From: Nemertoderma westbladi
Taxonomy: Eukaryota; Animalia; Xenacoelomorpha
Length of the DNA: 64,000 nucleotides
Assembly (NCBI GenBank): GCA_032718475.1
Contig: JAUCBJ010000764.1
Coordinates: 14,208 to 78,207 of the forward strand
Reading direction: 5' to 3'
Of the stretch, positions 29,401 through 44,400 are shown one piece after another. A program made the translations under genes and the position numbers. The number at the start of each line of letters is the position of its first letter. The stretch's first letter is position 1. Under the pieces are notes generated by a model. The model was not told the DNA's origin. It saw only the letters and a program-made list of their open reading frames with translations, and did not search any database.

Positions 29401-32400
29401 CCCCAAAATAATTATTCAAACCCTAAAAACAATTATTCAATTTCCCTAAAATAGTTACCAGAAATTAGTCAACCAAAAACAATTCTTCCAGCACCAAATA
29501 TTTTATAGAAAATTTATTTATCCATATTCATTCATTATTTATTTCCATAAATCAAACAAAATGTTTCTGTAACTGAGAGTCTGTAACAAAGAGTCTGTTC
29601 ATTTTGGTAGAATATTTGATTATTTTGGGGGAATTATTCGAACTAATGTACTGATGGCGTTGTACTCAATTACCCATAATGAAGAAACAATATGTAGAGT
29701 TTAAAACGCTCAGCTAAATAATAAATATTTTAATTAATACTTTATAAATAAAATAAAATGAATTTGTTCATTAACTTAATACAGATAGAAATTGGTGTAA
29801 AGAAGATTTTGGGGGATTATGTATTTATTTTGGGTAAAATATGTATTTATTTTGGGGGAATAAGCATTTATTTTGAGGGATTATGTATTTATTTTGGGGG
29901 TTAGTATTTATTGTGGGGGATTATGGATTATGTATTTATTTTGGGAAAATTTGTATTTATTTTAGGGGTTTTGTCATTTATTTTGGTGTGAATAATTAGT
30001 TTTGAGGTGCATTTAATTATTTTGGAGTTGAATAATTGTTTTAGGTGTTGAAAAATTTATTTTGGTGTTTGAATATTTTATTTGGGGTGATTTTATTTTC
30101 TTCTTTATTATTTGGTGTTGAATATTTTTTTTGGGGTAACATTATTTCAATTGGTGTAAAATAATTTTTTTTCAATTTTGGTGTGACTTTAATTGGGATC
30201 CATTTTAAAATTCTAATGTTGTATTAATATCCATTCCCAATAATTTAACAATAATATAACAAACAAAGTTATTGCTACCAGTGCTTATCCTTAATTCATC
30301 AGGACCTAATGCATTTACTTCTAGAAATAGTTGAAGTCCCAGCGGGGTATCTCAGTCTAATAAGGAATAGTATAATGAGTGCAAACTGGAAAAAAGCCAT
30401 ATAGTTATAGTTCGAACGTTTCGATTTAATCAATAAACCAACTTTAGCGAGATAAAGGCAGTAAGATAAACTTCTGTCCAAGTTGTTATAGTAAGAAATA
30501 GTTTTTAGGCCAAGAAAGAAATAGTTTTGATTATTTTATATATCGACAATTTAAGATAAAAGCAAAAAAGTTTAAGATCGGCATTATTTAAATTTTTAAA
30601 TTTAAATATTTATTTTATTTATTTAATATTTATTATATTTATTTAATATTTATTTAAATTTTTAAATTATTTAAATTTAAATTTTTATAATTGAGTGGTT
30701 ATTGTTGGATATGCTTAAATAATGCATGTAACATCCGTATGTCACAACTACCTGCCAGGGATGCGGATGCGAATGCGGATGCCAAAAATCATGTGGATAT
30801 CCACGGATGCGGATGCGGACATTTGCCACATAATAATAATAATATTAATTATTTTTGTTGTTCGAACCTGGGATGCAACTCCCAGCAAAAGTTATTCCCA
30901 GCAAAATCAAAGTTCTGTCTTCTGTTTTGCCTATATTATCATAGTGAAAGCCAAATTTAACATTTTTAACAATGTTACTCTGGTGAGTGAGCTCAACATA
31001 GGCCAAGACCAGGGGCGTGTGCTACCATAAACATTGTGTCTATATTATTCTACTTGAAGTGATGTATAACATTTAAGTATCTGGGGTTCTGGTCCAGCTT
31101 GCTATCAACAATAACAACAAACACCAGCTTAATTAGTTTCATTTCATTATCCTACAAAGTGCTCAAAGTCTGAGAAGTTGTTAAATACATGCGACATCCA
31201 GCAGGTGAGAATAAGCAGTTGATGAATAATGTTTGCAAAGTGGACTGTCAATGGCTTTCATAATGTCAATGTCAAAGACACCTCTTCAAGGACACTGGCC
31301 TTGAAGATATGGATAATCTCGTCATGTGGGATAGAAAATCGTGGTAGCGCAATTTTGTTGAGCAGCAGAGTTCTTAATGCACACTGCATTACAGCATGTA
31401 AATGGTGGATTGCTTGGTGGATATATATATATCGCTTATACTCTACATGCATTGAAAGTATTGCATAGAAAGTGGTGCCATATTGTTGGCATCTCGTAAA
31501 CCAAGGGGTATGCTTGATTTGTCATCTTGTCTATTGAAGAAAACCGCAGTTGGACCTAAGCTGAGCTCATCTATGTTATTGATAGGTACAGTGCAGAATG
31601 GAATGTCTCTGCGATCTATGTTTATAATTCTGGACAAGAATTAAATGGACTGGCGCAGTCATATGTCTCTCCCCCTCTGTACATGAACTACGTTTTGGCA
31701 ATAAACAAACATATATATAGTATATACTCCATTTTTAGAAATATAACATCCATCTATGTTCTGTTCTGAGGGAGCTACAGCACTCATGGGGCAAGCCCTA
31801 TTCTACAGTAATTAGCTTATGTTCACTCCCGAATGCTGTTTGTGGTTTTTCTGGTTTTTTTTCAAGGTTCTTGCAACAAGGTCTGATCAGATCATACTTA
31901 CGTAAATCACACCGGTCCAGTACATTACTGCATAAATTGGCAAACCAAATGAAATCATATTAATTCAAAATTACAGCTCTTTTTTTGCCTTTTTAGTTTT
32001 TATAGACAGTTTTGGTGATGGGCTTAAAAGTTGAATGATATATGGAAATAATGATAATTGGTGTAAATATTAGATCATAATATAGTACTGAATTATTTTA
32101 AATAAATTTTTTAACAACATTTTTACATGTTTTACTAACATTGTTCAGCTTGTGCATTCGTAGTTATTAATGAATTAAGATTTTCCCAGTCACCAGTAGC
32201 TGTAGGATCATCTCTATCATACCACTGACTCATTGGACCAACACACTCATCTTGTATCTCTTCTGTAAATATTTAACAGAACAATTTAAAGAAACAATAT
32301 ATCAAAAAGCTACTGGCCTAAATAGAAAAATCTAATAGATAAATCATAATAAAATATATATGGTGAGCAGTTAATATCATATGTTATGGTGTTGACATTA

Positions 32401-35400
32401 TATCTTCATTTTCTTTAACCACAACAATCAGTATACTTTTTCAGCTTTGTATCCCATCCTATGTTGTTTTTATTGGTGATCATCAGACTTGCTTTGAATC
32501 GTTGTTGCAAGTAATCTTTGTAAATCAATCGATTATATGTCTTTAGATTATGTCTTTGTATGTCTTTTTTCAGTGTAAATATATTTTTAATTGAGATCGT
32601 TCTGCTGAAGCATTCTGCACACCAGGAGAGCAGTATCATACTACATGCCAGGACAGCAGTAACATACTATACACCAGGGTTGTACTTCATACCAGGACAG
32701 CAATATCATACTACATACCAGGACAGCATTAACATACTACATACCAGGACAGCAGTATCGTACTACATACCAGGACAGCAGTATCATACTACATACCAGG
32801 ACAGCAGTATTGTACTACATACCTGGACAGCAGTATCGTACTACATACCAGGACAGCAGTATCGTACTACATACCAGGACAGCAGTATTGTACTACATAC
32901 CTGGACAGCAGTATCGTACTACATACCAGGACAGCAGTATCATAATACTTACCAGGACAGCAGTATTGTACTACATACCAGGACAGCAGTATCGTACTAC
33001 ATACCAGGACAGCAGAATCATACTACATACCAGGACAGCAGTATCGTGCAACATACCAGGACAACAGTATCGTACAACATAACAGGACAGCAGTAGCATG
33101 ATATATACCAGGACAGCAGTATCGTACTACATACCAGGACAGCAGTATCGTACTACATACCAGGACAGCAGTATCGTAATACATACCAGGACAGCAGTAT
33201 CGTACTACATACCAGGACAGCAGTATCGTACTACATACCAGGACAGCTAGGGACATGGTGGCATTAGTGTCTGTCAGTGGATTGAAAAATGAGACTCCAG
33301 GAACATATTCTGGAACTGATTGCCCCAGAAATCGCTCACTGAGACCTCTAATCTCGCCAGCTGGTCTGTGGATGTGCTGTGATGATTTAACTGCTCACCC
33401 TTTAGTGGTTAGAGAACTTGCTCCACCACCATATTGTGTCATACCTCCATCAATTCATCAGTGATATCATTAGAAATCCTAGATCTTGTTGTACCTGATG
33501 GAAGGTAATCCTCCAGTGGGGCACAACATATCATGTGTAAGATAAAATCGTTCCCACTGAGATGGTACAGACATTGGGATCCCTGAACTCACATGTACCA
33601 TGTGGATGTGGATGTCCTGGAGGTAGAGCTTGGTGTTGAGGCACATAGAGGCACCTTTCTCAGTCTTCAGTCGGTGAAGCCACAGCTGGGTAAGAGATAG
33701 CTCTCCCACCATCTCTTCTCTCTTTTCCACAGAGTGGAGCAGCACCTCTACCTTCAACCTGTCCACCAACTCATTTGGTTTTCCCTGACATGTGTCATTG
33801 TTTCCTGGAGTGGCGTTGATGGCTCACAGACCTGGAGCGAATTAGTGAACTGATATGACAAGTCAGAGGTGGGCATTGGGATGCAAATACCCCTATAACG
33901 GATTAGCAGGGATAGCAACTGGCGCTCCTCTGTACACATTCCAGTACAGCAGTATCGTAATACATAACAGGACTGCAGTATCATACTACATACCAGGACA
34001 GCAGTATTGTACTACTTTCCAGGACAGCAGTATTGTACTATATACAAACACAGCAGTATCATACTACATAGTACATACCAGGACAACAGTATCGTACTAC
34101 ATACCAGGACAGCAATATCATACTATATTCCAACATTCCAGGACAGCAATATACTACATACCAGGACAGCAGTATTGTACTACATTCCAGGACAGCAGTA
34201 TCATACTACATACAAGGACAGCAGTGTCATACTACATACCAGGACAGCAGTATCATACAACATACCAGGACAGCAGTATCATAATACATACCAGGACATC
34301 AGTATCATACACTACATACCAGGACAGCAGTATTGTACTACATACCAGGACAGCAGTGTCGTACAACATACCAGGACAGCAATATCATACTATATTCCAA
34401 CATTCCAGGACAGCAATATACTACATACCAGGACAACAGTATTGTACTACATACAAGGACAGCAGTATCATACTACATACCAGGACAGCAGTATCATACA
34501 ACATACCAGGACAGCAGTATTGACTACATACCAGAGCAGCAGTATCATACTACATACCAGGACAGCAGTATCATACCCTACATACCAGGACAGCAGTATC
34601 GTACTACATACCAGGACAGCAGTATCGTACTACATACCAGGACAGCAGTATCGTAATACATACCAGGACAGCAGTATCGTACTACATACCAGGACAACAG
34701 TATCGTACTACATACCAGGACAGCTAGGGCCATGGTGGCATTAGTGTCTGTCAGTGGATTGAAAAATGAGACTCCAGGAACATATTCTGGAACTGATTGC
34801 CCCAGAAATCGCTCACTGAGACCTCTAATCTCGCCAGCTGGTCTGTGGATGTGCTGTGATGATTTAACTGCTCACCCTTTAGTGGTTAGAGAACTTGCTC
34901 CACCACAATATTGTGTCATACCTCCATCAATTCATCAGTGATATCATTAGAAATCCTAGATCTTGTTGTACCTGATGGAAGGTAATCCTCCAGTGGGGCA
35001 CAACATATCATGTGTAAGAGAAAATCGTTCCCACTGAGATGGTACAGACATTGGGATCCCTGAACTCACATGTGCCATGTGGATGTGGATGTCCTGGAGG
35101 TAGAGCTTGGTGTTGAGGCACATAGAGGCACCTTTCTCAGTCTTCAGTCCGTGAAGCCACAGCTGGGTAAGAGATAGCTCTCCCACCATATCTTCTCTCT
35201 TTTCCACAGAGTGGAGCAGCACCTCTACTTTCAACCTGTCCACCAACTCATTTGGTTTTCCCTGACATGTGTCATTGTTTCCTGGAGTGGCGCTGATGGC
35301 TCACAGACCTGGAGCGAATTAGTGAACTGATATGACAAGTCAGAGGTGGGCATTGGGATGCAAATACCCCTATAACGGATTAGCAGGGATAGCAACTGGC

Positions 35401-38400
35401 GCTCCTCTGTACACATTCCAGTACAGCAGTATCGTAATACATAACAGGACCGCAGTATCATACTACATACCAGGACAGCAGTATTGTACTACTTTCCAGG
35501 ACAGCAGTTATTGTACTATATACAAACACAGCAGTATCATACTACATAGTACATACCAGGACAACAGTATCGTACTACATACCAGGACAGCAATATCATA
35601 CTATATTCCAACATTCCAGGACAGCAATATACTACATACCAGGACAGCAGTATTGTACTACATTCCAGGACAGCAGTATCATACTACATACAAGGACAGC
35701 AGTATCATACTACATACCAGGACAGCAGTATCATACAACATACCAGGACAGCAGTATCGTAATACATACCAGGACAGCAGTATCATACCCTACATACCAG
35801 GACAGCAGTATTGTACTACATACCAGGACAGCAGTGTCGTACAACATACCAGGACAGCAATATCATACTATATTCCAACATTCCAGGACAGCAATATACT
35901 ACATACCAGGACAACAGTATTGTACTACATACCAGGACAGCAGTATCATACTACATACAAGGACAGCAGTATCATACTACATACCAGGACAGCAGTATCA
36001 TACAACATACCAGGACAGCAGTATTGACTACATACCAGGGCAGCAGTATCATACTACATACCAGGACAGCAGTATCATACCCTACATACCAGGACAGCAG
36101 TATCATACAACATACCAGGACAGCAGTATCGTACTACATACCAGGACAGCAGTATCGTACTACATACCAGGACAGCAGTATCATACAACATACCAGGACA
36201 GCAGTATCGTACTACATACCAGGACAGCAGTATCGTACTACATACCAGGACAGCAGTATCGTACTACATACCAGGACAGCAGTATTGTACTACATACCAG
36301 GACAGCAGTATCATACAACATACCAGGACAGCAGTATCGTACTACATACCAGGACAGCATTATCGTACTACATACCAGGACAGCAGTATCATACAACATA
36401 CCAGGACAGCAGTATTGACTACATACCAGGGCAGCAGTATCATGCTACATACCAGGACAGCAGTATCATACCCTACATACCAGGACAGCAGTATCATAAT
36501 ATATACCAGGACTGCAGTATCGTACTACATACCAGGACAGCAGTATCGTACTACATACCAGGACAACAGTATCGTACTACATACCAGGACAGCAGTATCA
36601 TACAACATACCAGGACAGCAGTATTGACTACATACCAGGGCAGCAGTATCGTATCTCATAATCCTGACATTGATGCCCATCACTCTGATCATCGTTTTTA
36701 CAAACTAGACCATCAGCTGAATACATAGATAGAGTGTCTCCAGTTGCCCAGGGGTCAATATGAGTTAGTATTGTCCTCCCTTCAGCAGATATTGGTTCCA
36801 AACAATTGTGTTGCATAAGCCCTGTAAAATAATAAAATTATTATAGATGAAGTGACTGCCTGAAGGAAACCAAGTCGAGATAAATTTTGATTTTTCAGTA
36901 CAGATGTGTTGAGTTTGAGTTTTTGAACTTTGAGGTTAAAGTAGCGCTAGATTGGACGTCGGGGAATGGGGATGAGCAGTACCACATTAATGAATAATAA
37001 ATTAATTTATATGATGATCTTATAATATGTGGCGTGAGGGCGTGACACCTAGAAAAGGGGTTAACTGGTCAAAATCACAATTCGAGAAAAACGCAGTTAA
37101 AGATTTAGAAGTTTAACTGAAGCTAAGCTTGAGTGAAGGTGCCGAATTTGTTGCCCCTCTTAGACTAAAATTGTATCCTCTTTCAGAATCCGAAAATACA
37201 ATTTCGCTAACACCAGCGGTTTTCGAGTTATAAGGATATCCTGTCACCCATGTTGGTACTTTTGGACTGGAAAATACCAACTTTTAGGATCACCTTCGTT
37301 CAGTGACCTTATAGAAGCTGATTTTTGGATTTTTAGAGTGCTGATATCATTATTAACACTTCCCAATGAATTTCCATCATGAAATATATAATTTTTATGA
37401 AAATTTTTATATATTTTTTTTGGTCCCCAAAAGGGGACCAAATGTGCAGGTAGCTCGAAATTTTCGCCATTTTCAAAGTCGATATATTAGCCATATCTTC
37501 GACCCTACTAAGGTTTTCGCATGCGCTGATTCCATTGGTAACATTCATAATTTGGTTAGATTGTCCAAATGGGCGCAAAAATGAAAAGACCCACTTACTT
37601 GCACTTTTCAAAAATCGAAGGTTCAAAAATGCAATTTGGATTGTTCCAATCAATTTTATTTTGTTCCCATCGTGATCAGCACCCCAAAAAACCCCATTGG
37701 AGTGAAATTTCAATCGGATAAACGATCTGGCAATGTTGCAATTTTTTGGACTACTTAAAAGTAAAAGTAAAGTAAATTTTCTTCGGCCGCTAGGCCAGGG
37801 ATTACGCACAAAGTCTGACGACTTATTTCCAGTGCGGTCCCCCCAGAACTTTACTCCCCAGAGGAAACTCCAGTACTCATTTAGCTACCACTTAAGGATG
37901 CAAGGCAGAGATGCGCCCTGGCTGGTCCCTTTAAAGCATTCGTGCCGAAACGAAAACTGCCCTGGCCCGTGTGAGGATCGAACCCACGACCTACGGGAGA
38001 TGTGAATTCAATGCAACCACTACACCAAGGTGGAACCTACTTGCACTTTTCGTTCCAAAATTTGGCCAAAAACATAAAAATTATCTTGATCAGACAAAAT
38101 TTTTTTAATTTCCAGTGGAATTAGAACCCCAAAACACCCAACTACACATAGAATTGACATCAGAAAATAAATTAAACTACTTCATTTATAGTTAGTTAGT
38201 TAGTTATTTATAATTAGCGTGATTTCACTTTCACCTCTGGAAATGGGGTCTCGGAAATGGATTTTTGATGGACATGAATACTTCAATTTCATTTTTCGAA
38301 TACTTAAAATAACGTTCAAGGCAAGTATTATAGCGCATTATAAAGGTAAATAAATTTTCTATTCACTTTTATGAATAACTCAAAATCTTCCAGATGACCA

Positions 38401-41400
38401 GTTAACCCCTTTTCTAGGTGTCACGCCACATATTTATTTTAATATATTACTGGCAGATGGGAGGGTGAAAAGTTACACCATAATAATTAAACTTCAGCAA
38501 CTTGCTTGGGCAGCCACCAAACATCGAGGTCAGCCCTACAAGGAAAATATATGACAATACACTACCAGAAACAGGGGACTTCACACCTGCCGAACTCCAA
38601 AGAAGCATTAAAAGCATGTCCAATAATAAAGCGAGTAGATTAGATGAAATCCCAGCGGAGGTATGGAAAATAGGAGTGCTAAACAGACCATTATTGAATG
38701 TTTGCAACCGGATGTTAAAAGGGGAAAAGCCACCACCAATTTGGACTAAAGGTCAACTAAAACCTCTCCCCAGTATACCTCGGTATACCAACAAACTACC
38801 ATGGGATCTGTCTGCTTGTGGTAGCTGCCAAAATATACAATAAAATGATTCTATAAGATTAGGCCTCACATAGAGAAACTACTGCGTAAGAGCCAAAACG
38901 GATTTCGACCAAATAGATCAACAACAGCTCAGATACTTGCACTACAGAGACTGATTGAAGAAATTAAGTCAAAGAATCTCCCCACAGTCATGACTTTTGT
39001 GGACTTCAAGAAGGCATTCGACTCCATCTATAGAGGTAAAATGCTTGAAAACCTAATAGCTTATGGATTTCCAGAAGTAAATTGTTGCTGGCTTTGGATT
39101 GTTATATTGTGACACAGAAGCGCAGGTACTCTCACCAGATGGTGAAACTGAGTTTTTCTCACTCCTGGCTGGCGTACTGCAAGGTGACACTAGCACCATT
39201 ACTATTTGTAATTGTGCTGGATTAGGCAATTAGGACGGCCTACTACTAGGATCGGCATGCTGCATTGCAGTTGCATTTTTAAGAATGCTGTGCTGGCTTA
39301 TCGACAAAATTGCACCGCCACAACTCCCTATCACCCATGACACCCATCCGCATCTTCAAGGCCAGTGTCCTTTAAGATACGTCTCAAGAAAGTCATGGGC
39401 TGTCCACCATGCTTATTCACTCCATGAGGCTGCCAAAGTACAAGATTATGCACTGGCTGGTCCTCATGGCGAAATCAATGTCCTGAAGCATGAGGACGGC
39501 CATAAAGGGTGAAGATCTGGGATTCACACTTCAAGAACGCAGAAGTAGTAGATATCCGGCAACTACAGTCACAGACACCGACTTTGCAGATGACATCGCC
39601 CTGCTCTCTAACACGCTAGCAGATGCACAGCTTCTACTAAATAAAGTGGAGAGGGCTGCTATGGAGGTTGGATTGCATATAAATGCTACCAAGACCGAAT
39701 TCATGACCTTTAATGTTGATGGAAACTTGACAACCATTGATAATAATCAACTAAGGAAGGTCAACGACTTCCAATACCTTTGATCATGGATAGAGAGTAG
39801 CAAATAGGACATAGAAGTTAGGAAAGCAAAGGCTTGGGTAGCTCTATCAAAAATGGATACCATCTGGATATCAGATCTCTCCAGGCACCTGAAGACTAAG
39901 TTCTTTCGAGCCACAGTGGAAAGTGTATTTTATACGGGGGTGAGACCTCGACACTGACTAAATCACTTGAACAACGAATTGATGGTTGCTACACAAGATT
40001 ACTAAGGGCAGCCCGAAACATCAGCTGGAGACCACACATGACAAACGCCGAGCTTTATGGTACAATACCACCTGTATCAACCACCCTCCGTGAAAGCAGA
40101 TTAAGATTCAGTGGGCACTGCTGGCGAAGTAAAGACGAGGTCATACCATATCTACTTTTCTGGCAACCAACTCATGGAAAGCGTAGTCATGGATGACCAG
40201 CCATAATATATATAGATCAACTTGAAAGGGATACTGAACTTGGGAGAATCGAAATTGTGACAACTATGGAGAATCGGGAAGCCTGGAAGGATCTCATTTC
40301 CACTGTCCGAGTTTAGTAGTATAATAATTTAAAACGGACTAGCTAGATATTGACTGTACATACAACAATGTACAGGCATACACTGCATATACTGAATAAT
40401 GTTAAATGATGACGTTACATACAGTTCCTTACTCAATTACAATCCTCGCTTTTCATACTATAATCTTTCAAAGTAGTAGATAATAAGCGTGAAGTAAATA
40501 GATATGGTGATTTTAAAACAGCAGGCAAAGGTGTATGTATTTCTGACCAGTTATCGGAATTCACCAACAATATTCTCAAATTTATATACTCACATTGTTT
40601 GGCTGGAATATTTGTTGTTAATAACGAATTAAGATCCTCCCAATCACCAGTTGCTGTGGGATCATCTCTATCATACCATTGGCTCATAGGTCCAATGCAT
40701 TCATCATGGGATGTTTCTGTAAATAGTGTTCCAAAACAAAATATATGAAATAGAAATTAATAATTACTTGAACTGTACTTCCACACAATTATTCAAATAT
40801 TTCATTCATACATATTATTAAAATTTTATACTTTTATTTTTGAAAAAATGTCTTACAAAAACCGACACTTTAGTTTATATATCACCTGATCTAAGGCAGA
40901 TTACTGAATCATGATTCAGTAGTTTATTTAATGGAACAATGCATTTTGAGGCATACGTATACTGAACTGAAATGTTAATTATTCATGATGAGTAGTGGTT
41001 TTGAGCCTCATCTATCATCATGGTATAGATTTGGTATATATTTTTCTTTATAAAAACATAAAGCGTTTACACCAGATGAGGATTAATTTCGCCTAAGATT
41101 GCTGTGCGTTGCATTCCGAGCATATATTTAGTTTCACTGTTATCAGCCTGACACCCCTCCGAAAACATTGGAGCATGGTTGGGACATTATGAATGATAGT
41201 ATGTTCCAGTATGCCACACTCCATATGCCCTGTCAACAGAATTATAAAATATAAATTCAATTGAATTTGACAATTTAGTTATGAAGAAAGTGAAAACAAA
41301 GAAGGTAGTGATACTGCGGAAGACTATGATATAGATTATAGGTTGACCTGAGTCCCAATAATATAATATGAACTCTACATTCAACAGGCCATTTGTGAAT

Positions 41401-44400
41401 TTATAATCATCATTATCATGAATTTTCCCAACTTTCTTCCATGTAGAGATACAGTTCAATACATGTCTCTCTACATATGGAAAATCGTATACTTCTGAAG
41501 ATTTTATCATACAAACTCTAAACTTATAACTTTTTAACTTCTAATTTGACTTTAACCATTTACTGTTTCAACTAACCAAATAATTAATCAAAATATATAC
41601 GTATCTGTAATGTTAAAACAACAGTTCTTGAATCTGTAGGGGAAACAAATATCTACATAACGATTATCTACATACCAGGACAGCAGTATTATACTACATA
41701 CCAGGACAGCAGTATAATACTACAAACCAAGACAGCAGTATCATACTACATACCAGGACAGCAGTATCATATACTACATACCAGGACAGCAGTATCATAT
41801 ACTACATACCAGGACAGCAGTATCATACTACATACCAGGACAGCAGTATCGTACAACATACCAGGACAGCAGTATCGTACAACATACCAGGACAACAGTA
41901 ACGAATCTCATAATCCTGACACTGATGTCCATCATTCTGATCATCGTTTTTACAAACTAGACCATCAGCTGAATACATAGATAAGTTATCTCCAGTTGCC
42001 CAGGGGTCAATATGAGTTAGTATTGTCCTTCCTTCAGCAGATATTGGTTCCAAACAATTGTGTTGCATAAACCCTGTAAGATGGACATTATCCAGAATAA
42101 TTATATAGTTAAATTGTCTTGTCTGCAATTAATATAGTTTAAGAGTTTCAACATATTACTGTGATTAGAATAGTATATATCTGCTTGAGTTGAATGGTAG
42201 ATACAATGATTTGAATAAGTCGATAAGTTTTTGTTATCCTTATTGACATTCAGAAAATTAACACTTTCATTACTGGTTTCTGTAATGAATTTGATCCCTG
42301 GCACCAAATATTTCAAAATTGTTAATAGTTCCTTTGGTTTTATTATTACATCCTCAGTTACAACGTGCCCATCATCTAGGGAACGTACACCACCCAACAG
42401 CTTTATATAAACATACTAAGTTTTAAGTAAGTTTTTTGAAACATTATCTATCATTCAATATAATGAATGGGAGAATCTTCTGGGCTCATTAAGCCAAAGA
42501 TCAACCAGTCTACAGGTCAATCCAGGACCTCCTGATTGGAAGCCAGGAAATGTCACCAATAGACAACCTGCAATATATTCGAAGTATGTTATTATTGTAT
42601 ATTTTAAGGAGTTCTATCCAATATATTATTGAGATATAATCAAAATGAATATTAAGGTGGATGGATAGATAGCACTACTGGTGAAAGTTAGATAGTACCA
42701 CTAAGAACGAGGTATTTGGGGAGCTGTTGTCATCAAAAATGATTCTCTCACACACTACATTAGTTTGATTGTTTGTCTGAGAACAAAATCCATGCTGTTA
42801 AGGATTATGTATGTTTATGTCGAGGATTTGGGGGCATTTATGTTTTTGCATTGTGTTTCTAGCAGTGGAAAAATAAATGTTAATTATCTTCTATTATTCA
42901 TTGTCAACAAAATAGTATATAAAACGTACATTTAAAATAGTAAGACAGGTAGGACGGTATTATAGGGAATATGGGTTTTCTTTATGGAGTTATTACAGCC
43001 CTGGTGACTAACTGAGAAAACAAAACAGGTTCTTTATTATCAATTAATTTCTGCCACTAGGGCCATCTTCAGGATATAATCAAAACAAAACGGACAGAAA
43101 CCACACCGACTACATACAGTTACTTATATTTACATACATGTTACAATAAAAAAGTACAAAAATAGGCCTAGGTAAGTACTGAAGGTAGGACGGTATATCA
43201 GACAGACAGACATCATCAATTAGATGTAATACATGTTACCTTTTATGATACATGGATACAGTAAAAATTTTCAAGGCATATTTAACCAAAATCAATATTC
43301 TGTTTAATCTGTTTAATCTTAAATCTTGTTAAATCCTGTTATCTTAAATCAAATAGTAACTTTGTTCTCTGAAAAAAGAGCTTTCGAATGAGTCTAAAAT
43401 GAACTTCGTAGGACCACTAGAACTGGAGATTATACAATTTGAAGATCCCCGATGAGCGATAAGTCTATTCAGTGTAATCCCATATAGTCGCATAATGGAG
43501 TCCCGTCATTGTTCTGGAGACTTAGAGTTGTCTTATAAACTGACCAGTAGGTCCTATAATTATAAAAAAAATACCTTCTCAATTAAAATTGTATGCTCTT
43601 TCTCGTGAAGACATCCAATAAGCACCACTGAGCACAGAAATTTGCAGAAATTGAATGCAAACCCCAAACTTCATCTCCTTTACCAATATCGCGATATATC
43701 GGAGCCAGTATCTTCTTATTATATCATTATATTATTAATATATTGTTGTTTTATACTAACATTGTTCAGCATTATATTATTAATATATATTTATATATAT
43801 TATTATATCATTGTATTATTAATATATTGTTGTTTTATACTAACATTGTTCAGCTTGGCTGTTGAGGGATATTAGTGAATTCAGATCCTCCCAATCACCA
43901 GTAGCTGTAGGGTCATCTCTGTCATACCATTGGCTCATAGGCCCTTCACATTCTTGAGGATGTATGATGAAATCTAACAAATGAATTTAAATTAAATAAA
44001 TATTAATATATTAAATATTAATATTAAAATATTAATAAACAATAAATATTACAAAATTTCCTTTTATTTTATTTTTATTATAGTTTTTGTTTAACTATAT
44101 TTAACATTTTAGTAATTTTAGTGTTATGACATGAGGGTATTAATGTACCAAGCGAATACATCAAAGGAGGTTTACATAAATAAATGTGGGTATTTAAGGT
44201 GGAGGTGGAATAATGCCTTTTACCATACAATGATATATATGTAATTTTGTTACATTATGTCAACTTATCCGCATTCAGGAGTGGGTTGCTGGATGCACTA
44301 TTAGTGGAATTTCATGCAATATATGACACATACTAGAATGTTGTTTATTTATTAAATAGCATAAATGACCTTCAGCAAACAATAATGCAAACTTGCAATC

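Larger units (their letters stand above)
32618..36635 (-). repeat. 26-bp minisatellite abutting exon B7 (about 100 units, interrupted twice)
   Basis: Arrays at 32618-33247, 33935-34724 and 35412-36635. Confidence 0.95.

Noticed and set aside
32560-36728. Long plus-strand ORFs (YIPGQQYRTTYQDSSIVLHTRTAVS repeats)
   Set aside because: Artefact of a 26-bp satellite that lacks stops on that strand; all three frames give the same peptide.
26730-41887. Satellite units as 18-nt microexons (AG-18 nt-GT)
   Set aside because: The spacers are only 8 nt, the AG is not conserved in many units, and there is no polypyrimidine tract or branch point.
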